DNA of 64,000 bases, taken from Methanobacteriota archaeon (GTDB lineage Archaea > Thermoplasmatota > Poseidoniia > Poseidoniales > Poseidoniaceae). The stretch is taken from the NCBI GenBank assembly GCA_002720275.1, contig PBHR01000023.1:21600-85599 (forward strand), written 5' to 3'. How positions within the stretch are numbered: position 1 is the stretch's first letter; each line of letters starts with the position of its first letter. Position numbers and translations under genes: made by a program. The notes beneath the pieces are model-generated. The model worked only from the letters and a program-made list of their open reading frames with translations. It was not told where the DNA came from and made no database searches. This document shows positions 49,745 to 59,369 of this stretch, one piece after another.

Positions 49745-51679
49745 TTATCTTCCCCAAAAATGGTCCTTAATTCTATGAATTTCGATTAATTCCTGTAGAA
49801 TTTCATTTTCTGAGGCGCTTAAATCCATTTGTTGTAGTTTTGAAGCATGAGCGCTAGGAATATCGACTAAAAGTATATCCTCTTCATCTACTTGCCTTCC
49901 TATAGTTACTCCTTTAATTGCTAAAGCAACCTCTTCACCATTTTCTGCTATCTTCAAAGTCTCTTCTCCAGTCCTAATAGAACGTATTTGACCTACTCTT
50001 TTACCATCCAATTTTAATAAATTTTGACCAACTTGAATTCTACCTCCCAATACTTTAATTCCCACTACTGCAGGATTATTTCTTCTAAAAACATGATCCT
50101 TTAATAACTTAATTTTACCAGGATGAACTAAATTTTCTCTTTTTGATTCTGCTAATTCTCTTTTTCTAAATTCTAACCATTCTTCAAATTTTTCAATAAT
50201 ATGATAAATCACTTGGCCAGGAATTAACTTGACCTCATTATTTTTTTCCAATACTTCACTAGCTTCCCTACTCACATTTGTATTAAATGATAAAATTGCA
50301 CAATGTAAAGGATTAGAAGATACTTCAGCGGCTCGAATATCTTTTTTCTTTACTTCTCCAATAGTCGCTGAACGTATAGGAATACTAATTTTATCTAATT
50401 CGAATGCTAGTGCCTCTAATCCTCCTAAAGTATCTGATTTAATTACAACTCCCTCTTCTTCCAATTGTACTGAAATTTTTGATTCATTTTTTGCAGATTT
50501 AAATCGTGAAAATGCTTCGGGGCTAATCTCTTGTAAAATTATAGTTCTCTGTTTTTTAATTTCTGAAACTCTGTCCATTTTTCCATCTGCATTGGCTCGA
50601 GCGATGTCCGAAGTTAATTTTTGTACTTTTTGAAGTTTTAATGCTTCATTTTTAGGAAATACTCGCAAAGTTGTTCCAACTAAAACCTGTTCAAAATTTG
50701 GACCGTTTATCTTAATTCCTCCAGCTGCATTAACGGTTTCCACAGAATCCCATCTATCTCCTGCGTCACGCATTTCACTCATACCTCTAGGGGAAAACAT
50801 CCCTTTAATGTGAGACCAAAATGGACCTTCTTGAGACACTAACAATATTTCATCACCTTTTGATAATTGACCTTTATACAAAATTAAGTCCAATGTTTTC
50901 CCTAAACCTTGTTCATCTTTTAATTCAATAATCGTACCTTCTGCATCACCAACAACATCTTTCAATCTATCAACGAGAAATCTTTCTGCTAAACCTACTG
51001 TAATAGCCAATAAATCTTGAATCCCTTCACCTTCCTTAGCAGAGCAAGGTACAGCCGCAATAGTATCCGTAAAATCACTAATTTTTGAATATAAATCAAC
51101 ATTAAACCCATGTTCTGAAAGTTTTCCAACAAGTTCCCAAAACCTTTGTTCAAATAAGCCAAGAGTTTCTTTTGATTGGTTTTTCAATGATTGTGCAGTA
51201 CTTCTATTAAACTTGCATTCCCAACCATGAATCCTATCTACTTTATTTAATGCTAAAACAAAAGGGGTCTTTTGTTGCTTTAAAATACGAATTGATTCCA
51301 AGGTCTGAGGTTGGCACCCCTCCATAATATCAATAACTAAAATAGCAATATCAGCCAAAGCTCCTCCCCTGCTTCTTAATGCTGTAAATGAATGATGGCC
51401 TGGGGTATCAATAAACAATAAACCGGGTGAATCAAACTGTTTACCACCAAGTAATACACCACATACGTCATTAAGAAGTTCTGAAGGAATCTCTGTTGCA
51501 CCAATATGCTGAGTGATTCCACCCGCTTCTCTAGCCATTACAGAAGACTGTGAATCTATTCCTAATGAGCGAATATGGTCTAAAATACTAGTTTTGCCGT
51601 GATCAACATGCCCCAATACCGCAACTATTGGTTGTCTCTGTTTTACCTGATTACCGCTAGTCAAGACTGTAGCCCCCAA
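49745..51679 (-). CDS. infB: Translation initiation factor aIF5B (IF-2)
   Basis: RQPIVAVLGHVDHGKT, EAGGITQHIGAT, DTPGH, NKVD and DTLGGLEAL. Confidence 0.97.
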   Translation of the reverse strand: MGATVLTSGNQVKQRQPIVAVLGHVDHGKTSILDHIRSLGIDSQSSVMAREAGGITQHIGATEIPSELLNDVCGVLLGGKQFDSPGLLFIDTPGHHSFTALRSRGGALADIAILVIDIMEGCQPQTLESIRILKQQKTPFVLALNKVDRIHGWECKFNRSTAQSLKNQSKETLGLFEQRFWELVGKLSEHGFNVDLYSKISDFTDTIAAVPCSAKEGEGIQDLLAITVGLAERFLVDRLKDVVGDAEGTIIELKDEQGLGKTLDLILYKGQLSKGDEILLVSQEGPFWSHIKGMFSPRGMSEMRDAGDRWDSVETVNAAGGIKINGPNFEQVLVGTTLRVFPKNEALKLQKVQKLTSDIARANADGKMDRVSEIKKQRTIILQEISPEAFSRFKSAKNESKISVQLEEEGVVIKSDTLGGLEALAFELDKISIPIRSATIGEVKKKDIRAAEVSSNPLHCAILSFNTNVSREASEVLEKNNEVKLIPGQVIYHIIEKFEEWLEFRKRELAESKRENLVHPGKIKLLKDHVFRRNNPAVVGIKVLGGRIQVGQNLLKLDGKRVGQIRSIRTGEETLKIAENGEEVALAIKGVTIGRQVDEEDILLVDIPSAHASKLQQMDLSASENEILQELIEIHRIKDHFWGR

Positions 51680-51691
51680 ACTAAGGGGCTA

Positions 51692-52144
51692 TCATCTACT
51701 TTCGTAAACCCATCGCTCACGATGAGGTATCCACTCATTAATTCCATCTGGAAACCACAGCCCTAATTCAAATGCTGCTGTATCTTGACCATCACTTCCA
51801 TGAACTAAATTATATCCCATATCCATTCCTAAATCGCCACGTATTGTTCCAGGAGATGCTTCTCTACCATTTGTAGGCCCGATGATTTTTCTTGCAACAG
51901 AAATTGCATCCTTACCTGACCAAGCCATTGCAACAACTGGAGATGAAGTTACGAATTTTATCAATCCAGGGTAAAATGGCCTTTCTTTATGTACTTCATA
52001 ATGTTTTGAAGCCAATTCTTCTGATGGAGTAAAACTTCTAAGCCCTACTAATCTCAATCCTTTTCTTTCAAAACGTGAGATAATATCTCCAACTAATCCT
52101 CTTTGAACACCGTCAGGCTTAATCATTACAAAAGTTGTCTCCAT
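51692..52144 (-). CDS. ndk: Nucleoside diphosphate kinase
   Basis: TFVMIKPDGVQRGL, PGTIRGD and NLVHGSD. Confidence 0.97.
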   Translation of the reverse strand: METTFVMIKPDGVQRGLVGDIISRFERKGLRLVGLRSFTPSEELASKHYEVHKERPFYPGLIKFVTSSPVVAMAWSGKDAISVARKIIGPTNGREASPGTIRGDLGMDMGYNLVHGSDGQDTAAFELGLWFPDGINEWIPHRERWVYESR

Positions 52145-52166
52145 GATCTCACTTCAAATTAAAAAT

Positions 52167-52358
52167 CTATTTAATTCCACCTTTAACATAATGTCGTGTC
52201 CATTTAACCCTTCTAGGGTTTCTATTCAAATTAACCATGTTTTTTCTAGCCTTAGAACTTTTAAACCAAAGTACCGTTCCATCTCTTTTAACAAACATTA
52301 AACCCGTTCCAGGTTCAATCTCTTCTCCTGAGAAATTGCATATTCGGCGTTCAGGAAT
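52167..52358 (-). CDS. rpl24e: 50S ribosomal protein L24e (63 aa) with apparent ATT start
   Basis: Not in the ORF track. (M)[62 protein letters not shown]; canonical position between rps28e and ndk. Confidence 0.95.
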   Translation of the reverse strand: MPERRICNFSGEEIEPGTGLMFVKRDGTVLWFKSSKARKNMVNLNRNPRRVKWTRHYVKGGIK

Positions 52359-52359
52359 T

Positions 52360-52581
52360 TTAACGACCTCCTAATTTTCTTGCTTCACGTCCTGTATCCC
52401 TTAACATCAAAATATCACCAATTCTAATTGCTCCAACTACATTCCTTGTAATAATCCTACCAATGTCTCTAGGATTAGGTGCATCATTAACTCTAACTTT
52501 AACTTGAGTTGCTTCTCCAGTCATACCTGTTCTAGCTACAATTTCTACAACTTCTGCTGGCCAACCCAATTCTTCACTCAC
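52360..52581 (-). CDS. rps28e: 30S ribosomal protein S28e
   Basis: [23 protein letters not shown]...[13 protein letters not shown] start after GAGGTG. Confidence 0.96.
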   Translation of the reverse strand: MSEELGWPAEVVEIVARTGMTGEATQVKVRVNDAPNPRDIGRIITRNVVGAIRIGDILMLRDTGREARKLGGR

Positions 52582-52591
52582 GAATTACACC

Positions 52592-52963
52592 TCAATTATT
52601 TGCATCTTTGATTTTACTAATTACTTTATCATATTTATCTTGAATAGCTTTTGGTATTTCTAACAAGGCGATGGATGCTGTTTTGACACCTTCAGGTAAA
52701 CCTGATTCTTTACCCAAATATTCTTGGTGTCTAACATACCCAAACGGTATTTCTTTTTCTTCACATATCATTGGTATATGAGCTAATAATTCAGGCGGAT
52801 TTATATCTTCTGCCATTACTATTAGTTTAGCAACGCCTCTTTCTGCAGCTTTAGTAACTTCGTTACTACCCCTACAAATGGCTCCTTCTTTGCAATCTGA
52901 TACCAAATCAAATATTGCGTCTTCTAAATCTTCTGGTGTTTCAAATTTCACATGCACAGTCAC
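52592..52963 (-). CDS. rpl7ae: 50S ribosomal protein L7Ae
   Basis: RGSNEVTKAAERG.AKLIVMAED..PPELLAHIP..CEEK; likely GTG start at 52963. Confidence 0.95.
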   Translation of the reverse strand: MTVHVKFETPEDLEDAIFDLVSDCKEGAICRGSNEVTKAAERGVAKLIVMAEDINPPELLAHIPMICEEKEIPFGYVRHQEYLGKESGLPEGVKTASIALLEIPKAIQDKYDKVISKIKDANN

Positions 52964-53033
52964 TGGATTCACAACCTCTTGGCACTTGCGCCACGACATG
53001 ATGGGTATAAACCCAACGCAGGAAAGTCTTTCT

Positions 53034-53963
53034 TCAATTTTCCATTAATTCATCAATTCCACGGCATAAAGCTGATGCTGAAGAAACTACTGATCGTGGA
53101 TTTTTTAGTGAATCTGAAGCAATTATTCCATCAACAAATTTATCTAATTTTGAAATTGCACCGCCTGTAAATAAACCGTGAGAACAAGCAGCAAATACCG
53201 CTTTTGCACCTTGATTCCGCAAAGCCTCACTCGCCCTACAAATTGTTCCACCGGTTGAAATCATATCATCCACAATAGTTACAACTGAATCATTAACATC
53301 CAAATCTTTAGCTTTATGAACAATCGTATGGGCATCAATTCTTGTTTTTTCTAAATATGAAAATTTGCATCCAATAGTTTCTGCCACAAAACTTGCTCTT
53401 TCTATTGCACCCTTATCTGGTGAAAGGATAAAATCAGGTTTAATTTCTGATTGTAAATATGTTGCGATTTCAGACATAGATGAAGCAAAAGACACTGGCA
53501 CAGGTAAATTCTCTAAAACCTCGGGGGCATGTAAATCTAAAACTGTTATACCATCACATTTTGAAGATAATAACATACCAATTGCCCTTGCAGAAACAGC
53601 CTCGCCCTGATTAAATCTTTTATCCTGTCTTGAATAGCCAAAATAAGGTATTGCTAAAAAAATTCCTGGGCCTGTGGGTTCACAATCAACACCTTTACCT
53701 CTGAGATCTTCAAGTTTACCTTGTCTAACATCATTTATTGCTTCTAATAGTAATAAAGTCTCAATAATACAGCTATCAGGAAATGTATTTGAAACTAAAA
53801 TTACTGATGTTGAACGAATTTTTTCTATACTTTTCTCAGGTACTCGAAAATAACCTTCACTGTCTGGAAAACGCCTTGCTTCCAAAGAATGGTGTTCGCA
53901 ACCTAGAATTTGAGCCATGCCTTCTGCAATATGCTTACAACTACTCCCAGAAACTACTAACAA
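53034..53963 (-). CDS. prs: Ribose-phosphate pyrophosphokinase
   Basis: RFPDSE, PYFGYSRQDK, DLHA, SPDKGA and VDDMISTGGT. Confidence 0.95.
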   Translation of the reverse strand: MLVVSGSSCKHIAEGMAQILGCEHHSLEARRFPDSEGYFRVPEKSIEKIRSTSVILVSNTFPDSCIIETLLLLEAINDVRQGKLEDLRGKGVDCEPTGPGIFLAIPYFGYSRQDKRFNQGEAVSARAIGMLLSSKCDGITVLDLHAPEVLENLPVPVSFASSMSEIATYLQSEIKPDFILSPDKGAIERASFVAETIGCKFSYLEKTRIDAHTIVHKAKDLDVNDSVVTIVDDMISTGGTICRASEALRNQGAKAVFAACSHGLFTGGAISKLDKFVDGIIASDSLKNPRSVVSSASALCRGIDELMEN

Positions 53964-54057
53964 ATTGATTCCCTCAAACCGCCCGAGAGGTATCCCACAC
54001 TTGGAGTTATTTACTAATCAATTTTCATAATTAACATAATTCTTAGACAAATGAGAA

Positions 54058-54132
54058 TGGGCGAGGCAGGATTTGAACCTGCGGCCTCCCGGTTATCAGC
54101 CGGGTGCTCCAGCCAAGCTAAGCTACCCGCCC
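54058..54132 (-). tRNA. tRNA-Ile(GAT)
   Basis: Reverse complement GGGCGGG...CCCGG-CTGATAA-CCGGG...GCAGG-TTCAAAT-CCTGC-CTCGCCC-A. Confidence 0.95.
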
Positions 54133-54214
54133 TAGGCAGTTTGCCCTAACATAAACATTTGATAACAATGACGGTAGAATAATTCTAAGAAGGACTTCCA
54201 TTACTCATTGATTA

Positions 54215-54988
54215 ATGGCAAATGGCAAAGATGCATTTTCCTATGCTTTATCTAGATTCATTTTTTCATCAATAGAGTTTTTTAATGAGGAAATAAAATC
54301 TTACTGGGAAAATATAATACCTGACCTTGACAAAATACCCACAGATACAGAAATAAATAATCCTGCTCAGAGGGTTAAACTTGTTTTTGGAAACAAAAAA
54401 TTTTCTTCTGAAGAAAAATCCCCAAAGGTTGTAATAATTAATGAACCTATTTCATTTAAACACACTGCAAAAATAATTCTAGAAGCTTCTTCTGGTGAAG
54501 ATTGTGCAAGACTACTGGCTATATCTCATACTATAGCACAAAGATTTTCCATACCAATTTATCTTATAATTTCAATAGAATGTCTAAATGAAAATTTAAA
54601 TTTTAAACCAGAACATATTCCTTTTCCTCCAAAATATATTATTCGTGAACAATCATGGAAACCAGATGAAATTTATCCAAACCATCCTGCATTAAGTTTC
54701 AAAAGAATAAATTATGGCAGTAATAAAGGACCTAGAGATAAAGCAAAAATATTAATTATTTCTCATGGAAAATATTCTCTATTTGTTAATAATTTAATTA
54801 AAGAATCTAAACATAATATTAGACACCTTGAAATCCAAACATTACGGCCTTTATCAAAAGAAATTCTAAATCAAGCAATGACTTCTGTTCAAAAAACCAT
54901 TTGTATAAACGAAACATATACTTGGATAAAAGAAAATGAATCAATTGATTCTTTATCTTTAAATGATTTAAATAATTTAATCAGTTAA
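54215..54988 (+). CDS. Highly diverged 2-oxoacid:ferredoxin oxidoreductase alpha-like protein
   Basis: ILEASSGEDC...AQRFSIPIYLII and AKILIISHG...LEIQTLRPL...ICINE echo OFOR alpha domains I and II. Confidence 0.55.
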   Translation: MANGKDAFSYALSRFIFSSIEFFNEEIKSYWENIIPDLDKIPTDTEINNPAQRVKLVFGNKKFSSEEKSPKVVIINEPISFKHTAKIILEASSGEDCARLLAISHTIAQRFSIPIYLIISIECLNENLNFKPEHIPFPPKYIIREQSWKPDEIYPNHPALSFKRINYGSNKGPRDKAKILIISHGKYSLFVNNLIKESKHNIRHLEIQTLRPLSKEILNQAMTSVQKTICINETYTWIKENESIDSLSLNDLNNLIS

Positions 54989-54989
54989 A

Positions 54990-55592
54990 TTATTCATCTT
55001 CATCAATAAAGTTAGGATCATTAATTTGAATGTAACTTGGTAATGTTAATAATTTGGTTATTGTTCTTGACAAAACTACTTCATCTAAACTTTCTCTAGT
55101 TTTGGCAAAAGCATTAATTGGAATGTTAATTCTTTCTGGCAAACCAAATTCCCTCCTAATGCTTAGTCTTGTTTCAACAATTACTCCTCTATATGTTCGT
55201 TTTTTCTTTAACAAACCTACGATAACTCCTACTTCATTTCCTTGATTATCTTGAACTGCCCTGTCTTCCATTTCGTCTGGAGCGTATAAATTCTCATCGA
55301 TACGAACTGTGTTTCTCCAACGTCTTTGTAATTCCCTCATAGATTTAGATAATTTCACGGAACCATCATCCATTATACTATGTACTAATTCTTTAGACAA
55401 TGGTGCCATTTCTGCTGGTTTTCTCATAAATTCATCAGCTATATCAGATTCAACCACAATTCTCATAGATCTTACTCTATCAGTATTTGGATGATTTCTC
55501 TCGCCGACAATAACTCCTACTTTGGTATCGCCAACATACACATCTCTTCTCAATAATTCTTGTATTGTATATTCATTTCTCGCCATCTGCAT
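54990..55592 (-). CDS. Tandem PRC-barrel-like protein
   Basis: Two similar halves: ELLRRDVYVGDTKVGVIVG and EMEDRAVQDNQGNEVGVIVG. Confidence 0.65.
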   Translation of the reverse strand: MQMARNEYTIQELLRRDVYVGDTKVGVIVGERNHPNTDRVRSMRIVVESDIADEFMRKPAEMAPLSKELVHSIMDDGSVKLSKSMRELQRRWRNTVRIDENLYAPDEMEDRAVQDNQGNEVGVIVGLLKKKRTYRGVIVETRLSIRREFGLPERINIPINAFAKTRESLDEVVLSRTITKLLTLPSYIQINDPNFIDEDE

Positions 55593-55696
55593 CCCTTTCC
55601 TTTTTCTCCTTAGCGCGGTCTTTAATCAATACAGTATATATACTATACGTAATAATCAATATTTAATTATACAATTAGAATACTTTAGAAAAATAA

Positions 55697-55884
55697 ATGA
55701 TTTCAATTGAAAAATCTAATTTTTTGGCCGATAATAATAGTAAATATAAATTAATTTTGGAAGCCTATTTTTGTGCGATAATAAATAATTTTTCAATTGG
55801 GGTAATCATAAATAATATATGAAAAAAGAATGGTTGATTATTTAAATTTTTCAATTGAAAAATTAATTATTCAATTAGTTTTTT
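55697..55884. repeat. Cluster of four CAATT(G/A)-centred palindromes in an AT-rich intergenic region, including a 20-bp tandem pair
   Basis: Cores at 55704, 55794, 55852 and 55872; AATTTTTCAATTGAAAAATT (55845-55864) is a perfect palindrome. Confidence 0.6.
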
Positions 55885-55975
55885 AAATAAATAAAGTGCT
55901 ACGAAAAAAGTCAAATCCAAAGAGGGAATTATTGATGTGCATCTTTTTAGTCGGTAGGTTTGCCGAGGGCGTTAT

Positions 55976-57457
55976 ATGCATTCCAATATTTCGAAATTGA
56001 AACACATAAGAGAATCTTCCGGGGATGCCAAAACAAATGGGCTTTCTGATGAAATAATTGAAACATACCTAGAATCATTTGAAGATTTAAAAGATGCAAT
56101 TAATGATGCGTATGAAATCCACAAAAAAATAACTAATGAATTTGGTGAAGAAATTACCAAAATGGAAGAATCTCAACTAATAAAATTATTACAAAAGGAC
56201 TACGTTAATTTCTATTCTGCACCTACTGTAAATCCATATGTCGCCATTGCAGCAAAAGGTCCATGGATTGTAACATCCCACGGTGCGGTCTTGCACGACA
56301 ATGGGGGTTATGGGATGCTTGGGATGGGCCATGGCCCGGAAAATGTAATTCAATCAATGCAACAAAATTGGGTAATGGCTAATGTAATGACGCCATCATT
56401 CAGTCAAAAAAGATTAGCTGATCGACTAAAAAAAGAAATAGGACATACAAGAAAAGAATGCCCATTTAAAAAATTTATTTGCATGAACTCAGGATCTGAA
56501 TCAATGACTGTAGGAATGAGAATATCTGATGTAAATGCATTAAGGATGACTAGCCCCGGTGGACGATACGAAGGTAAACCGACTAGAATGATCGCAATAG
56601 AAAGGGCATTTCATGGCAGAACTGATAGGCCTGCACAAATATCACATTCCTGTAAAGACGGTTATGATAAAAATTTGAACACATTTCAGAACAGAGAGAA
56701 CCTTAAATTAATTCCTGCTAATGACATAAATGCATTAAATGAGGCATTTATTCAAGCTGAAAATGATGGTGTTTTTATTGAACTACTTGCAATCGAACCA
56801 GTCCAAGGAGAGGGGGCACCAGGATTATGTATTGAACGCAATTTTTATGATGAAGCGAGACGTTTGACAAAAGAACATGGTTCTATGTTAATTATTGATT
56901 CTGTTCAAGCCGGCCTAAGAGGACAAGGATGCCTAAGCATCATAGATTATGAAGGGTTTCAAGACGCTGAAGCACCAGATATGGAAGCTTGGTCTAAAGC
57001 AATTAATGCAGGCCAATTTCCACTTTCTGTAGTAGGTATGACAAAAAAGGCTGCTGAATTATATGTTACAGGAATTTATGGTAATACAATGACCACTAAT
57101 CCACGTGCACTTGAAACTGCAGTAGCCGTACTAGATCGAATTACTCCTGAACTTCGTCAAAATATTCGCCATCGCGGAAAAGAATTGTTAAATGAACTCA
57201 AAAAATTAATGATGGACTTCCCAGAATCAATTATGTCTGTGGAAGGAACGGGCCTTCTTATTTGTGCCGAACTACATCCTGATAATTTGCCTGTTGTTGG
57301 ATTCAATTGTGTTGAAGAATGGTGTCGTTTAAATGGCCTTGGAGTCATTCATGGAGGCAAGAATGCACTACGTTTTACACCCCATTTTGCAATAACATCT
57401 GCTGAAATAAAATTAATTATCGATGTTGTTCGCAAAGCACTGATTCATTTTAAATAA
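55976..57457 (+). CDS. Class III PLP-dependent aminotransferase
   Basis: NSGSE, AFHGRT, IEPVQGEG, IDSVQAG, SKA and ALRFTP. Confidence 0.92.
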   Translation: MHSNISKLKHIRESSGDAKTNGLSDEIIETYLESFEDLKDAINDAYEIHKKITNEFGEEITKMEESQLIKLLQKDYVNFYSAPTVNPYVAIAAKGPWIVTSHGAVLHDNGGYGMLGMGHGPENVIQSMQQNWVMANVMTPSFSQKRLADRLKKEIGHTRKECPFKKFICMNSGSESMTVGMRISDVNALRMTSPGGRYEGKPTRMIAIERAFHGRTDRPAQISHSCKDGYDKNLNTFQNRENLKLIPANDINALNEAFIQAENDGVFIELLAIEPVQGEGAPGLCIERNFYDEARRLTKEHGSMLIIDSVQAGLRGQGCLSIIDYEGFQDAEAPDMEAWSKAINAGQFPLSVVGMTKKAAELYVTGIYGNTMTTNPRALETAVAVLDRITPELRQNIRHRGKELLNELKKLMMDFPESIMSVEGTGLLICAELHPDNLPVVGFNCVEEWCRLNGLGVIHGGKNALRFTPHFAITSAEIKLIIDVVRKALIHFK

Positions 57458-57526
57458 ATCTAAAAAAATTAGATTTAGCACGAAAACATACAGCATATTA
57501 TATGCTAAAGATTCTAGCGCCATATA

Positions 57527-58903
57527 ATGTATAAATTTGAACATCAAACCTATGTTGATGAAAATGTAGAAAATACATTTTCTTGGTTTGAACATGAAGG
57601 TTCATTCAGAAGATTAATGCCGCCATGGGAAGTTCTAAAAGAAATTAAAGCTGATAAATCGATAAATGAAGGTTCTATTAGAATCTTTAAAATTCCATTT
57701 GGGCCTTTCAAAATGAGTTGGGTTGCTAAACATACAATTTATAATCCTCCGAATCAATTCAAAGATATTATGCTCAAAGGGCCATTTTGGAGATGGGAGC
57801 ATGTTCATGACTTCATCCCTCAAGAAAATGGGACCCTAGTCAAAGATACTGTGGAATATCAAGTTCCATTGGGGGTATTTGGTTATTTTTTTGCGGGTAG
57901 AAGTGTTAAAAAAAGAATAAAAAATATGTTCATTTCTAGAGAGCTTAGATTGAAAAGAGATCTGGAAAACCATAAAATATTCAGATCTGAAAAACGAAAA
58001 AAAATATTGGTTGCTGGTTCTTCCGGAATGATTGGAACTCAATTAGTAGCATTCTTAGATACGGGAGGGCATGATGTTTGGAGGCTAGTTAGACGCGAAA
58101 CAAATTTGGATTCAAAAGAAATTAAATGGGATCCTGAAAAAAATGAATTGGATTCTGATAAAATTGAAGGTTTTGATGCAATTATACATCTCGGAGGAGC
58201 GGGGATAGGAGATAAGCGCTGGACTAAAAAACGTAAAAATTTAATTCAAAAGTCAAGAGAAAACACAACCACATTATTGTCTGAAACAATCTCTAAATTA
58301 AAAAATAAACCCGAAGTTTTTCTAATTGCAAGTGCAATAGGTTATTATGGAAATCGGGGAGATGAAGAATTAACTGAAAAAAGTAATCCAGGTGAAGGTT
58401 TTCTTACAGAAACAGTATTGGCTTGGGAAAAATATGCTGAAGCAGCAAAAAAAGTAGGTGTTAGAGTAATTAATATCAGAACAGGAATTGTTTTATCAGC
58501 AACAGGGGGTGCCCTAAATAAGATGTTATTGCCTTGGAAATTAGGAGCAGGGGGGCCTATCGGAGGAGGGAAACAATGGATGTCATGGATTTCATTAGAT
58601 GACCAAATATTTGCAATAAATCATCTTATTATGAACAAGGAATGTAATGGAGCATACAATTTAACCTCTATGAATCCTGTAAGACAAAAAGAGTTCTCAA
58701 AAACATTGGGGAAGGTACTTCGAAGACCCGCCTTTGCACCAATTCCAAAATTCCCAATGAGAATATTATTTGGAGAATTAGCAGGACCTCTCTTATTTGA
58801 AGGCCAAAAAGTTCTACCGGAAAGATTGTTAAAATCAGGATTTAAATTTACTCATGAAAATCTTGAAAATGCATTAAGAGATTGTTTAGGGAAATGGAGA
58901 TAA
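57527..58903 (+). CDS. SRPBCC domain fused to TIGR01777-type NAD-dependent epimerase/oxidoreductase
   Basis: N-terminal RLMPPW...GPF..WEH.H.F; then AGSSGMIG, SAIGYYG, RTGIVL, QWMSWISLDD and P.RL...GF.F. Confidence 0.9.
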   Translation: MYKFEHQTYVDENVENTFSWFEHEGSFRRLMPPWEVLKEIKADKSINEGSIRIFKIPFGPFKMSWVAKHTIYNPPNQFKDIMLKGPFWRWEHVHDFIPQENGTLVKDTVEYQVPLGVFGYFFAGRSVKKRIKNMFISRELRLKRDLENHKIFRSEKRKKILVAGSSGMIGTQLVAFLDTGGHDVWRLVRRETNLDSKEIKWDPEKNELDSDKIEGFDAIIHLGGAGIGDKRWTKKRKNLIQKSRENTTTLLSETISKLKNKPEVFLIASAIGYYGNRGDEELTEKSNPGEGFLTETVLAWEKYAEAAKKVGVRVINIRTGIVLSATGGALNKMLLPWKLGAGGPIGGGKQWMSWISLDDQIFAINHLIMNKECNGAYNLTSMNPVRQKEFSKTLGKVLRRPAFAPIPKFPMRILFGELAGPLLFEGQKVLPERLLKSGFKFTHENLENALRDCLGKWR

Positions 58904-58904
58904 A

Positions 58905-59369
58905 ATGAGTAAATATTATAATTTCTTGATTGGAACTAATCTGCCAGAATTTTCCATGCCCAATGAAGAGGGTTTATCTATATCAAATAATGAATTAATT
59001 GGGCATTGGACTGTTCTTTTTATTTATCCCAAGGATAATTCACCAGGTTGTACTTTAGAATCATGTCATTTTAGAAACAAATATGATTATTTTCAGGAAA
59101 ATAACATATTACTTTTTGGAATTTCAACAGACACAATAGAATCACATAAAAAGTTCAAAGAAAAAAATAGATTGCCATACTCCTTACTAAGCGACAAAGG
59201 TGCAGTTTTTATTAAAAAATTAAAACTTAAAAAAATACTCAATTTCATTAGGCCAAGAGTGACTTTAATAATTGATAAAGAAGGAATTATTCGTAACGTA
59301 CATTCAAGTCAAATAAATATGAAAGGACACATTACTAAAACGATTAAAGCTTTTGAGAGATTAAAATGA
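58905..59369 (+). CDS. bcp: Peroxiredoxin, BCP/PrxQ type
   Basis: YPKDNSPGCTLESC, GISTD..ESH..F and RVTLIIDKEG. Confidence 0.92.
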   Translation: MSKYYNFLIGTNLPEFSMPNEEGLSISNNELIGHWTVLFIYPKDNSPGCTLESCHFRNKYDYFQENNILLFGISTDTIESHKKFKEKNRLPYSLLSDKGAVFIKKLKLKKILNFIRPRVTLIIDKEGIIRNVHSSQINMKGHITKTIKAFERLK

